From a bacterium (GTDB taxonomy: Bacteria; CLD3; SB21): 64,000 nt of DNA. Position 1 is the first letter of the stretch, and each line of letters starts with the position of its first letter. The notes below the pieces were generated by a model. The model saw nothing but the letters and a program-made list of their open reading frames with translations. It was not told the DNA's origin and made no database searches. Below, in pieces: positions 1 through 9,854 of the stretch. The stretch spans positions 1 to 64,000 of the forward strand of contig JABWCP010000014.1 of assembly GCA_013360215.1 (NCBI GenBank). Direction: 5' to 3'. Position numbers and translations under genes: made by a program.

Positions 1-1
1 T

Positions 2-1741
2 GCAAACGGTGATCCTGCTTTAATCGCTGATCAACAAACATGGGCCGTCTTCAATGATCTGGATACCACGCTCAGCCAAGAAGGCACCCTATCCAGCCCA
101 TCACCGGGCCTTGGACTTGAAGTAACACTCGAATCATTCGTCTTTGATAAGCCCATACTTGAGGATGCTGTTATCTTAAAATACACGATCACCAATAAAA
201 CCAATACCTCCTACCCGGGTGCGTACTTCGGCCTATGGATGGATGCTGATGTGGATGTTTCGGGCAATGACCTCATAGGTTCGGATTCGATTCGTGGACT
301 GGGATATGTTTATAACGTAGATAACTCCGATACACCGCTTGCCGTAGGGCTTGATTTTTTGCAAGGGCCTGTGGTAAACAGTGATAGTCTTGCACCGCTG
401 TATGCCATGAAGTTTCAACATCAAAAACAAATCCTCACCTATGATCCTTCAAACAATCAATATATCCCACGTACGCTCGGTGGCGATTCTGTGTTGCTGA
501 GGGCTACCTCAATGTTCGATAATACTAAGGATTTTCCACATAACAATTATGAACGTTATAATATGCTCAGAGGTTTAACTATGTCTGGACAAATTGATGC
601 GAAGACACGAAACGGATGGTATTTTCCCGGCAATCCGATTGCAGGTAGTGGGTTGATTGATCGTACCCCGACTGAAAAACGCATCCTCCTCTCCACCGGC
701 CCGTTTCGTGTGGAAGCCGGCTCCACGCAGGAGATATGGGCGGCGGTGGTGGGTGGACGCGGCTCCGATCACTTGGATGCCGTGAGTAATCTCTTCGTAA
801 ACGATGACATCCTGCAATCTCTGATGACGACCGGCCTCGGCCTTCACCTCTTCGATGTCCCGGCACCCGAGTTTCACGCCACCGCCGGTGACGGATTTGT
901 CACACTCGCCTGGGACACCACGGCCGAAGCCATGATACATCCCTATGCTATGGCTTCCATCATCGATACCGCCAATGGTTACAGTGACGCCCTGCGTGTA
1001 TACGACTTCCAGGGCTATCGCATCTACCGTAGTCTCACCGGGCTGGAGGGTCATTTTACACGTATCGCGCAATTTGATAAAATTGACTCCTTAAACACGC
1101 TCCGGGAGTGGTACCTCAATACGTTCTCACACTGGGAGAGCCGCACGATTGATGTCGGTCATAATACCGGTCTGGTTTACTCCTATACCGATCATGATGT
1201 CACAAGTTTACACAAATACTTCTACGCCGTGACAGCCTATGGCGCTCAACCGGAGATCGTCAATCATCGTTATTACTACAAACAACTGACTCCGGGTTAT
1301 GTATCACCCATACCGCTCAATTTACCCATCCTGCGCGAATCCCCCATACACGGGCATATAATCAAAGTAACACCGCAAGCGGAAATAGCACGCAAAGCCG
1401 GCGATCTCTCCCTTATACGCGTGGTACCTAATCCTTACATCATTCGTAGTGATGAAGGCCGGCAAATCAAGTTCACCGGACTGCCTGCACGTTGCACGAT
1501 GCGTATCTTCACCGTTGCCGGAGATCTTGTCAAAACATTGATACATAACACCGCCAGCAACAACCATCGTGTGGATGAAACACCCCATGATGACAACACG
1601 GAGCCTGTAGCTCAGGAAACATCTACGGAGACATGGAATCTCCGCAACGAAAACAATTACCTCATAGCCTCCGGTGTGTATATCGCGCATATCCATTCAT
1701 CGCTCGGTGATAAAATCGTCAAATTCGCCGTCATACGGTGA
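2..1741 (+). CDS. Large secreted protein (5' truncated) with fibronectin-III-like region and T9SS/FlgD-like C-terminal sorting-type domain
   Basis: Frame is open from position 2 (ANGDPALIADQQTWAVFND...), upstream of the track start at 239. C-terminus IRVVPNPY...IKFTGLP..CTMRIFTVAGDLVKTL...WNLRN..ASGVY...KFAVIR is typical of FCB-group secreted proteins. Confidence 0.75.
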   Translation, partial: ANGDPALIADQQTWAVFNDLDTTLSQEGTLSSPSPGLGLEVTLESFVFDKPILEDAVILKYTITNKTNTSYPGAYFGLWMDADVDVSGNDLIGSDSIRGLGYVYNVDNSDTPLAVGLDFLQGPVVNSDSLAPLYAMKFQHQKQILTYDPSNNQYIPRTLGGDSVLLRATSMFDNTKDFPHNNYERYNMLRGLTMSGQIDAKTRNGWYFPGNPIAGSGLIDRTPTEKRILLSTGPFRVEAGSTQEIWAAVVGGRGSDHLDAVSNLFVNDDILQSLMTTGLGLHLFDVPAPEFHATAGDGFVTLAWDTTAEAMIHPYAMASIIDTANGYSDALRVYDFQGYRIYRSLTGLEGHFTRIAQFDKIDSLNTLREWYLNTFSHWESRTIDVGHNTGLVYSYTDHDVTSLHKYFYAVTAYGAQPEIVNHRYYYKQLTPGYVSPIPLNLPILRESPIHGHIIKVTPQAEIARKAGDLSLIRVVPNPYIIRSDEGRQIKFTGLPARCTMRIFTVAGDLVKTLIHNTASNNHRVDETPHDDNTEPVAQETSTETWNLRNENNYLIASGVYIAHIHSSLGDKIVKFAVIR

Positions 1742-1794
1742 GGGAAGTATGCATGAGAATATCTGTTGCATGTTCAAAGACAAACACTATTTCT

Positions 1795-1855
1795 CGCAAA
1801 GACGCTAAGAGCGTAAGACATCAATTACGCTTTGCCAACTTTGCGACTTAGCAAG
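1795..1855. repeat. Degenerate inverted REP-like element between convergent genes
   Basis: CGCAAAG-ACGCTAAG-AGCGTAAG on the left and CTTTGCCAA-CTTTGCGA-CTTAGCAAG on the right: inverted tandem 8-9 nt units. Confidence 0.4.
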
Positions 1856-1949
1856 CATATATGACGTTATTGTTCTTAGAAAATCACCCGATAGTGCAGG
1901 TATTTAAATCGCTTACATCCACTCACCACGCGGCGACAGAATCGGCAAT

Positions 1950-2723
1950 TCACCATCCTAACACATCCCTTAACGCCTGCACTCGTCCCCGCGCTACGTC
2001 AATTTCCGAATTCTTTTTATCGTTGAGAATGATTTTATAGGCGCCGTTGAACCACGGCGTCATCTCGCGGATCGCATTCAGATTGACGATCGTAGCCCGA
2101 TGCACACGCAAAAATTCGGACGGCCTGAGACGTTGTTCGATTTCATCCAATGTGTAGCGAATATCATGCGCCGATTGGTCCGTATGCAGGTACGTCACGC
2201 TGTCTTGGGTGTCAAACCACAAACACTGTGCAGCTTTGATAAAGCGAATTTTTTCACCGTCACGATACGGGATGCGTTCCAGATACGCGGTTTGCGTGTT
2301 CTTTTCCTGTATCGCATCGGTTATCAGTTTTTGTATGCTAAGTGTGCTTGCGGATTCTGGAACTGTGAGGTGCGCAATGATGCGTTCGATAGCGCGTTTT
2401 AACCGCTCTTCATCAAACGGTTTAAGCAGATAATCAACGGCATTCACTTCAAACGCACGGATCGCATAATGATCGTAGGCCGTCGCAAATATCACCGGCG
2501 GAACTTTTTTGAGATGCATCAAAACTTCAAAACCGCTTAGTCCCGGCATTTGAATATCAAGAATAATGAAATCGGGTTGCAAACTTTCGATTTTTTCCAA
2601 CGCTTCGATGCCGTCGGATGCTTCGTCCATGATAGCAATTTGTCCGGCAAACGATACCGACAACATATCTCTCACGCGTTGGCGTGCGAGCGGCTCATCG
2701 TCTATAAGCATACAACGGTACAT
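1950..2723 (-). CDS. LytTR-family response regulator
   Basis: REC domain (IDDEPLAR, LDIQMPG, TAYD, DYLLKP) plus LytTR domain (FLRVHRATIVN). Confidence 0.95.
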   Translation of the reverse strand: MYRCMLIDDEPLARQRVRDMLSVSFAGQIAIMDEASDGIEALEKIESLQPDFIILDIQMPGLSGFEVLMHLKKVPPVIFATAYDHYAIRAFEVNAVDYLLKPFDEERLKRAIERIIAHLTVPESASTLSIQKLITDAIQEKNTQTAYLERIPYRDGEKIRFIKAAQCLWFDTQDSVTYLHTDQSAHDIRYTLDEIEQRLRPSEFLRVHRATIVNLNAIREMTPWFNGAYKIILNDKKNSEIDVARGRVQALRDVLGW

Positions 2724-2726
2724 AAA

Positions 2727-3821
2727 TTAACTCACTCGTATCGGAATTCGCACTTCGGCCACGGCGCCGCCTTGAGGACGGTTGGTCAAAATCAATTGAC
2801 CTTTGCCGCCGTACATTTTTTCGATTCGCTCGCGTACATTTTTTACACCGATGCCTTCGCGATTTAAAATCACTTTCCCGTTGCGATCTACAGAAAAGCC
2901 TTCGCCGTCGTCCGAAATACGTAACATTAAAAAATCGTCCTGACGCGACGCTGAAATTTCCAATACCCCATTCTCTCGCCGCGAAGCAAGACCGTGTTTG
3001 ATTGCATTCTCAACAAGAGGCTGCAAAATAAGCCCCGGTACCCTTACCGATCGTACCGTTGCATCCACATTTTCACAAATGGTAAGTTTTTCGCCGAACC
3101 GAACGCGCTCGATGCGCAAATAATTATCTAAAAAAGTAAGCTCTTCGTCCAACGTGACGGTTTCCTTTTCCGAAGCGACCAGCACATAACGAAACACCTC
3201 CGATAAACGCTGGACCATCATTTCAGCGCGTTTGGGATCCGACGCGATCAAAGCCGCTATGGCATTCAGCGTATTAAAAAGAAAGTGAGGATTGACCTGA
3301 GCACGCAATGCACGCAACTCCGCTTCGACCGCGGCTTCACGTAATTCTTGTGCGATTTTCATTTTATTCAGCATTTCGCGATAAAAGGCTACCGAATAAA
3401 AGCTGACCGTAACCAATAATGTTAAAATGACAGCGATGAAAACTTGCACATAGATCATGCGCAGCGAAATCAAAAAATTAATACCCGTGATAAATTCAGC
3501 AAGCATAAACGCCAAAAAACTTCCCACCGTCCCCAGTATTACGCGGATAAGTATCTCGATAGCAAAAAACTTTTTGGGACGCTCCAAAGTACGCGGAACA
3601 AACCGACGTATCACCCGTTCGGCAAATGTGCCCATTAAAATTCGCATGACAACATAAAACGAAAATGATACGCGCAGGGAAATCCAATAATTATTCCATG
3701 TCCATACCGGCACATAGAGCGAGCCGATGATAAAGCCCGTCGCGCAGATGACTACGACAGCCCATGCGATCTCGTGAATAATAAAACGTTTTATCGTATT
3801 ATTGCTTTTCATGACGGACAC
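2727..3821 (-). CDS. LytS/YehU-type membrane sensor histidine kinase
   Basis: N-terminal TM helices; LRAQVNPHFLFNTLN, LQPLVENAIKHG, ISDDGEG, GIGVKNV motifs. Confidence 0.93.
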   Translation of the reverse strand: MSVMKSNNTIKRFIIHEIAWAVVVICATGFIIGSLYVPVWTWNNYWISLRVSFSFYVVMRILMGTFAERVIRRFVPRTLERPKKFFAIEILIRVILGTVGSFLAFMLAEFITGINFLISLRMIYVQVFIAVILTLLVTVSFYSVAFYREMLNKMKIAQELREAAVEAELRALRAQVNPHFLFNTLNAIAALIASDPKRAEMMVQRLSEVFRYVLVASEKETVTLDEELTFLDNYLRIERVRFGEKLTICENVDATVRSVRVPGLILQPLVENAIKHGLASRRENGVLEISASRQDDFLMLRISDDGEGFSVDRNGKVILNREGIGVKNVRERIEKMYGGKGQLILTNRPQGGAVAEVRIPIRVS

Positions 3822-3827
3822 TCGTTC

Positions 3828-4940
3828 CTATTCCCACTTAAATAATTTGACAGCTACCGCATAAACGACCACACCCCAAACGCCCAATACCATCAATTCA
3901 AAACCCACGTCGGCAAAACCTGCGCCTTCAAAGGCTATTTTGCGCAGCGCATCATTGACATACGTCAGCGGTAAAGCATGGCACACCGGTTGTAGCCATT
4001 CCGGGAAAACGCGAATACTAAAGAACGTGCCCGCCAACAAGAACTGTGGCATTACGATCAAATTGGCAATGGGGGGAACGGCTTGTTCATGGCGCGCTAT
4101 ATTTGAAACGATCATTCCAAAACCCAAAAACACCATGAGCGCGATGAGACAAACCAGCAGCATCATGAGTAGTGTCACCCATCCGTTGATCAGCGTGAAT
4201 CCGAAAACCCATTTGCCGATGAGTACGATGATGGATACTTGCGCCAACGCAAAAAGCATCCGTGCAATAGCCTCGCCGACCAAAATCACGCTCTTCGGCG
4301 CCGGTGTAGCAAACATTCGCTTGATCACCAATCGGGACTTGAGGGCAATAAGTAAATACGCCGCGCCGAAAATACCCGAACTAAGCACCACAAATCCTAA
4401 CTGACCCGGTAAAATAAAATCAATCGTTTTGTATCGCCGCCCTTCTATCGTCGTGTGCGCGATCGCAAGCGGCACATGCTGCACTTGCATCATAAGTAGA
4501 TTGGCCTGTGCGGTAAGACCGCGCAACATATTAAGCACCACAATACCATTGGGGGAAGCGTCGGAGGTCTGAATATGCGCAACATAACCGGAATCGGCTT
4601 TTTCAACGCGCATCAGCGCATCGACTTCACCTTTGCGTAGCTTTTCTGTCAGCGCTACGTCATCCAGATTACGCACCAATTTTATTTGATCAATATGACT
4701 GAGCATTTCCATCATCGGATTTTCTTGCGAATCATTTTGTATCATGCCGATGGTCAAATTCAATGTACGATTTCCTATAAAACCGAAAATGACGATGAAA
4801 ATGACAGGAAAAATAAATCCGAAGACGATGCTCGACGGATTGCGGCTAATCGCACGAAGGCTCGTAATGACATACACACGCAAAGCGTGAAAATAGGAAT
4901 AAGATTCGGGTTGATTCATCATGGTGTCTGGTTTTTTCAA
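3828..4940 (-). CDS. ABC-2 type exporter permease
   Basis: TM1, extracytoplasmic domain, then five TMs; LAGTFF..FPEWLQ...LPLTY motif. Start may be an ATG near 4922. Confidence 0.9.
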   Translation of the reverse strand: MKKPDTMMNQPESYSYFHALRVYVITSLRAISRNPSSIVFGFIFPVIFIVIFGFIGNRTLNLTIGMIQNDSQENPMMEMLSHIDQIKLVRNLDDVALTEKLRKGEVDALMRVEKADSGYVAHIQTSDASPNGIVVLNMLRGLTAQANLLMMQVQHVPLAIAHTTIEGRRYKTIDFILPGQLGFVVLSSGIFGAAYLLIALKSRLVIKRMFATPAPKSVILVGEAIARMLFALAQVSIIVLIGKWVFGFTLINGWVTLLMMLLVCLIALMVFLGFGMIVSNIARHEQAVPPIANLIVMPQFLLAGTFFSIRVFPEWLQPVCHALPLTYVNDALRKIAFEGAGFADVGFELMVLGVWGVVVYAVAVKLFKWE

Positions 4941-4943
4941 AAT

Positions 4944-5711
4944 TTAAGCGTCGCGCAGTTCTTTGCCGGTCAGATGTATAAATACATCTTCGAGTGTTGC
5001 TTCGCGTACACGGGTCGGTCGTTGGAACCCCGTAGCGAGTAAGCCGTGAATAAGCCGCTCCGGTGAATCCAGTGCTATGATACGTCCTTCATCCATGATA
5101 CCGACGCGATCGCATAACAACTCGGCTTCGTCAAGATAGTGTGTCGTCATGATAACCGTCGTACCGTCGTCGCGAATGGATCGAATCAATTCCCACAAAT
5201 TACGCCGGGCTTGCGGATCCAATCCTACGGTGGGCTCATCCAAAAAAACCACACGCGGTTTATGTATTAACGTCGTTGCTATGGAGAAGCGCTGTTTTTG
5301 TCCGCCGGAAAGTTTATCCACACGCGTTTTAGCCTTATCCGTCAGGCCGACTTTCGCCAGCAAGGCCGATGCATCATGATGCACATTGTACAAACCGGCA
5401 AACAGTACGCACACTTCGAGCAATGTGGAATTGGGATAATATCCCGCTTCCTGTAGCTGCACGCCGATTCGGCGTTTGATCAGCATCGGATCGCGATCAA
5501 CGGAAAATTCTTCAATCAGAACTTCGCCGGAAGTTTTTTCGCGCAATGTCTCCATGATCTCAAGCGTCGTCGTTTTGCCGGCGCCGTTAGGACCGAGCAA
5601 TCCGAAAATTTCGCCTTCGTACACATCAAAACTAATACCACGAATGGCTTCAAAAGAACCGTAATTTTTTTTCAGGTCACGCACCTGAACTATTTTTTTT
5701 CTCTCTGTCAT
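4944..5711 (-). CDS. ABC exporter ATP-binding protein
   Basis: GPNGAGKTT, LSGGQKQR, FLDEPTVGLD, TTH motifs. Confidence 0.95.
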   Translation of the reverse strand: MTERKKIVQVRDLKKNYGSFEAIRGISFDVYEGEIFGLLGPNGAGKTTTLEIMETLREKTSGEVLIEEFSVDRDPMLIKRRIGVQLQEAGYYPNSTLLEVCVLFAGLYNVHHDASALLAKVGLTDKAKTRVDKLSGGQKQRFSIATTLIHKPRVVFLDEPTVGLDPQARRNLWELIRSIRDDGTTVIMTTHYLDEAELLCDRVGIMDEGRIIALDSPERLIHGLLATGFQRPTRVREATLEDVFIHLTGKELRDA

Positions 5712-5798
5712 ATATTTCTCGATTAACCGAAGTGCAGGCCAATATACCTTTTTACGGCAATTTTTAAACCGATTTATTTTTACACTAAAAAATCACGG

Positions 5799-7991
5799 TC
5801 ATAAGCTCAAACTAAAACCCATCACAACGGTTCGGTTGCTGAAATAACTCGGCACACTATGACGTTCGGAGAAATCCTCGGAATATGAATAATCAAGAAT
5901 ATTTCGGATACCCAAAAGATTGAGCGCTTCAATATATAACACGACATGTTTCTGCGGACCGAGGATAAAAAACTTCGACAGACGGGCATCAAGCCGCTTG
6001 AAATCCGGGAACCGATCGGAATAATCGGCGGCATAAACCGGTTGCCAAATCCCGCGCACCGGATCGTATTGACCGGCGGTAACCGGCGTATAGGGGCGTC
6101 CTGTCGCATACCGCAGTGTAGAAGCCAATTCAAAATTACGCCCAAGGTTTTGTTTGACGATCAATGAAATATTATGGGTGATATCATAAAGACTGGGCCG
6201 CATTGTTTGAATCTGCATTTCTTTTCGCCGCGTCTGAATAAAACTATAGGAAAACCAACCGCTGGTTTTTACAAAACCGCCCTTTAGAAAAAAATCTAAA
6301 CCGCGCGCATACCCGCGCCCTTGACTGACATAGTTTTTATCTTCATCGGAAAGCGGCAGATGATCATACCATTTGTAGTACGACTCTATTTTTAGTTGAT
6401 ACGTCGCAGCATTCTTTTCCCACCCGACGACGGCATGGCGCGCACGCATCGCCTTAAGTTCGGGATTGCCGATGGTTTTATCGTACATCGTAATGTGCGG
6501 AAATTGATGAAATGTCCCGGCTGAAAAGCGTAAAAAAGAATTCGCGGCTAATTCATGCACAACGGAACCGCGTATATCCCATATTTGATTTTGTGACAAG
6601 GTCTGATAATCGGTGCGAAAACCTATTTGTGCCGACCAACGCCGCGCAATTTTTTGCTGCACTTCGGCATACGCAGCCACTACGGCAGCATGGTGATTTC
6701 CTTGCAAAACCACACTATCGGCGCCATTGTAATATTCGCCGCGCCGTAGCGGGAGTATATAATCAAACCGGTAGAAATCACCGTAGGTTTCTCCGCCAAA
6801 ACTCAAAATGGTTCGGTTATGCAATGCATAATGATGATCCCAGCGCCATTTGATATTGTACTCACGGTTCGCCCGCTTCCAGTCACCGAACGTCCAGTCG
6901 TTACGGTACATGCTATACGACCACGACGCCTTACTTGTCCATTGGGGGTTAAATAATTCCGACCACTGGAGACTCACAACGCGATTGCCGGTTTCCAAGG
7001 CGTACCGCTGGCTATTGGACTGCAACGTCAGGTCAAACGTCTGTGCATCGCGGCTTTCCAATATCATAGCCTGGATTTGCCCCGACGGACGGTAATTATA
7101 ATTAACGATGCCCGTGACATTGCTCGTTACCGGATCACGCACAACATCAAAAGCCGGTTTGTTCATTTTAAAAAGCAAAGCGGTCGAGGTATGATCCGCA
7201 TAGACCTGCGCGGAAAGCGTATTGGGAATAATCTGCCGTTGTAATCCTCCGCCGACCGATACGAGATTGGCATCCACAGCTACCCTGTTTTGCGCCACGT
7301 GATTATCCGTTTCGATATCCAGGACGCCGGATAACGCATTGCCATACCGCACGGAAAAACCGCCGCTGGAAAAATATAATTTTCTGATCACGGCGGTTTT
7401 GACAATCGTAAAAAGACCGTTGCCCGCCGTATTTTCGCCGTGATACGGATGAGCCAACGTCGCACCGTTGAACAGAATCAGGTTTTCGGAAGGACTGCCG
7501 CCGCGCACGGGAACAGCCGCTGTCTCATCCGTTTGTGTTACACCCGGCAAAACCTTGACGCTCTGAAAAACATCGGCGGCGCCGCCCGGCGTAGTATATA
7601 CATCTATTTTAGAAACGGCGACCTTGCCTTCACCGCCGCCGTAGGCGCTGGCCTCGATCACCAGTTCGCCCAATTCTACCGACTTCTCATGCATGGTGAC
7701 ATGAATTGTTTGAGCATGAGGTACTTTTATTTTCTTAACTTCCGTATCATAGCCGATCAAACTCGCTGTCAGATGACGCTCTCCGGCTATGTGCGTGCGA
7801 ATAATCGCCACACCGCTGTCATTGGTAAACGCTCCGGCAAAATCGCCGTCGGCAAAATACACATTGGCGTACGCCACTTTTTTTCCATCACTATCCACCA
7901 ACTGTACACGTACGGCATACGATGCGGCCGTCTGTGCGTAACTTTGGTATTGCGCGCATAGCAGCAGAACTACGATAAAAGTTTTTTTCAT
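5799..7991 (-). CDS. TonB-dependent receptor with N-terminal carboxypeptidase-regulatory-like domain
   Basis: Signal peptide from MKKTFIVV (ATG 7991); plug motifs LPGV, VRGGSPSEN, GGFSVRYGNALSGVLDI; beta-barrel ending GFSLSL. Confidence 0.88.
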   Translation of the reverse strand: MKKTFIVVLLLCAQYQSYAQTAASYAVRVQLVDSDGKKVAYANVYFADGDFAGAFTNDSGVAIIRTHIAGERHLTASLIGYDTEVKKIKVPHAQTIHVTMHEKSVELGELVIEASAYGGGEGKVAVSKIDVYTTPGGAADVFQSVKVLPGVTQTDETAAVPVRGGSPSENLILFNGATLAHPYHGENTAGNGLFTIVKTAVIRKLYFSSGGFSVRYGNALSGVLDIETDNHVAQNRVAVDANLVSVGGGLQRQIIPNTLSAQVYADHTSTALLFKMNKPAFDVVRDPVTSNVTGIVNYNYRPSGQIQAMILESRDAQTFDLTLQSNSQRYALETGNRVVSLQWSELFNPQWTSKASWSYSMYRNDWTFGDWKRANREYNIKWRWDHHYALHNRTILSFGGETYGDFYRFDYILPLRRGEYYNGADSVVLQGNHHAAVVAAYAEVQQKIARRWSAQIGFRTDYQTLSQNQIWDIRGSVVHELAANSFLRFSAGTFHQFPHITMYDKTIGNPELKAMRARHAVVGWEKNAATYQLKIESYYKWYDHLPLSDEDKNYVSQGRGYARGLDFFLKGGFVKTSGWFSYSFIQTRRKEMQIQTMRPSLYDITHNISLIVKQNLGRNFELASTLRYATGRPYTPVTAGQYDPVRGIWQPVYAADYSDRFPDFKRLDARLSKFFILGPQKHVVLYIEALNLLGIRNILDYSYSEDFSERHSVPSYFSNRTVVMGFSLSL

Positions 7992-8007
7992 TTTTATACC
8001 GGATTGA

Positions 8008-8784
8008 TTATTGCGTGTTTTTGTTCTCAAGTCGCATCAATTGCGCTTTAGCCCGGCGCGATTCGGGATTGATGGTCAATGATTTCTGATAACAACTTTT
8101 AGCTTCGTTAAACATTTTTTGCGCTTCGTATGCGGATCCTAAAAAAGAATAACACTCATCATAGCCCCATGTCGGCGCCAACGGATCCGCCGGCGGGTTG
8201 GTCGCTTCTTCTTCATACAAACGTATAGCTTTGAGAAAATCGCCCGTCGCTTTATCCGCACCGCCGCCAAACATGGACGGTGTATTCATCGTACCGATAC
8301 CGGTAAGATAAAAAACACGAGGGCTTTTGGGATCCGCTTCGACGGCTTTACTCATATACTCCTGTGATTTAGGGCCGAGCCACATAGCCGATAATGGATT
8401 AAAACGAATTTTCATACCTGTGAGAGAGCCCGTTAATGCTAACGACTCCGCATGACCCGGTTTGAGCGTGTTGATTTTTTCCAATAGAGACAGTCCCGTT
8501 TCGATATATTGTTTACCGGCGTCTTCATCGGGTTCGCTGCCGTACAGTTTCATGATCGCCAGACGATAATGTGCAAATGCGCTCCAATACAACGGCCACA
8601 CATTCTGCGGATCGGCCATAGCAGCCCGTTCACACAGTGCGCTGCCCTCGCGGATCATCGTTTCATTCCATGCGGCAAACCCATTTTGAATTTTGTTTTT
8701 TCCTTCGATGGCTATAGAAGCCGCCGGGTTTTGAGAAAAAAGTGTCCCCGCGGTCAACATCAGTACAACGATCATGCGCTTCAT
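8008..8784 (-). CDS. Secreted TPR-repeat protein
   Basis: ATG 8784 preceded by GGAGGA; signal peptide; TPR-like helices (AVEADPKSPR, YQKSLTINP); TPSMFGGG motif. Confidence 0.8.
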   Translation of the reverse strand: MKRMIVVLMLTAGTLFSQNPAASIAIEGKNKIQNGFAAWNETMIREGSALCERAAMADPQNVWPLYWSAFAHYRLAIMKLYGSEPDEDAGKQYIETGLSLLEKINTLKPGHAESLALTGSLTGMKIRFNPLSAMWLGPKSQEYMSKAVEADPKSPRVFYLTGIGTMNTPSMFGGGADKATGDFLKAIRLYEEEATNPPADPLAPTWGYDECYSFLGSAYEAQKMFNEAKSCYQKSLTINPESRRAKAQLMRLENKNTQ

Positions 8785-8813
8785 ACATCCTCCTCTATTG
8801 TGATAATTAAAAA

Positions 8814-9521
8814 TTAACGTACTCCAAATCCTGCGGCGCCAAAAAGCAATGTCGCATAAGGCCCGTTCCACAAAGGAATACTTCGCCCTTCCGTATCGCC
8901 GCCAAAGCGTTGCCAATCATTTGTAGCCGGTGTGTAACGATATCCGATTTGCATAGCGATGGCAAAACCTCCGCCGGAACGTCGCCCGCTGTCAAACAAC
9001 GTATGCAATACGCCCCATCCGGCATCAATGGTCGTCGCCTTGACACGGAGTCTTGAAGCTCTGGCCGGCTGATCCAATATGTCTTCAAAATCCGCCGGTA
9101 TGCGCTCGGCAATCTCCAACATAAAATCAGACTCACCCAATCCGACAAACGGATAAAAGCGCGTTGATCCTTTTTGTAAAAGTATGTATCCGATTTTAAA
9201 CTGCCCCACAGCACCGCGCAGTTTTACCCGATACAGCGCATTCTCCGATACCGTGTTGCGGGCCATCAAAGCATGGCTTTCACCGCCAAACAAGAACCGT
9301 CCCAATACGGCAAAACCACCGCCGCCATACATCCAGCTCTGATTTTCGTAACTGCGGTATCCGCTATTCTTGAGGGTTTTATTAAAATCTCTCATATCTT
9401 GTTTACTCGCACCGAAAATAAAACCGCCGAATCCGCCATAGGTTTTACGAACTTGCTGCGCTGTGCCAGGGCTGACGGCAATTATTATCATACATACGAG
9501 AAACCATACACGATACCGCAT
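8814..9521 (-). CDS. Hypothetical outer-membrane beta-barrel-like protein
   Basis: ATG 9521 with AGGAAAG upstream; signal peptide; Gly/aromatic alternating strands (YGGFGGF, YGGGGF, IGYRY). Confidence 0.65.
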   Translation of the reverse strand: MRYRVWFLVCMIIIAVSPGTAQQVRKTYGGFGGFIFGASKQDMRDFNKTLKNSGYRSYENQSWMYGGGGFAVLGRFLFGGESHALMARNTVSENALYRVKLRGAVGQFKIGYILLQKGSTRFYPFVGLGESDFMLEIAERIPADFEDILDQPARASRLRVKATTIDAGWGVLHTLFDSGRRSGGGFAIAMQIGYRYTPATNDWQRFGGDTEGRSIPLWNGPYATLLFGAAGFGVR

Positions 9522-9580
9522 AACTTTCCTTTCATTTTTAATAACAATACGCCCAATACCGTTTTTTTCCGACATACTTC

Positions 9581-9613
9581 CGCCAAACTGCAGTAAATGG
9601 GGGTTGAAGTGCA
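9581..9613 (-). promoter_or_regulatory. Putative LytTR-type direct repeat operator
   Basis: Minus strand TGCACTTCAACC and TGCAGTTTGGCG at 21-bp period, upstream of a TATTGT -10 (9544-9549) that lacks a good -35. Confidence 0.4.
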
Positions 9614-9706
9614 CAATACTGCGTACGAAAAGCCCCTTTGTGCCGATGCATGCAAGGCATGCAACACGATTTTCAAAAAGTGGCAACCTAGGCATTGAAA
9701 AAAAAT

Positions 9707-9735
9707 TTGCTTTCCGATGTTAGATTCGTTAATAT
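9707..9735 (+). promoter_or_regulatory. sigma70-like promoter for candidate sRNA
   Basis: TTGCTT (9707-9712), 17-bp spacer, TAATAT (9730-9735). Confidence 0.5.
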
Positions 9736-9738
9736 GAA

Positions 9739-9811
9739 GTCCCCACAAGAGGTCTCCCCGACCTCTGGCTACGATAGAGACCCGGAAGCTTGTCTTCCGG
9801 GTGTTTTTTTT
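9739..9811 (+). ncRNA. Candidate small RNA with UCCCC-loop hairpin and intrinsic terminator
   Basis: AGAGGTC-TCCCC-GACCTCT hairpin (9748-9766); terminator ACCCGGAAG-CTTGT-CTTCCGGGT then G-T8 (9780-9811); no plausible + strand gene upstream to terminate. Confidence 0.5.
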
Positions 9812-9854
9812 ATAATGATGTTCTTTTTGTGCCGTATGACGGACAAAATTACAT

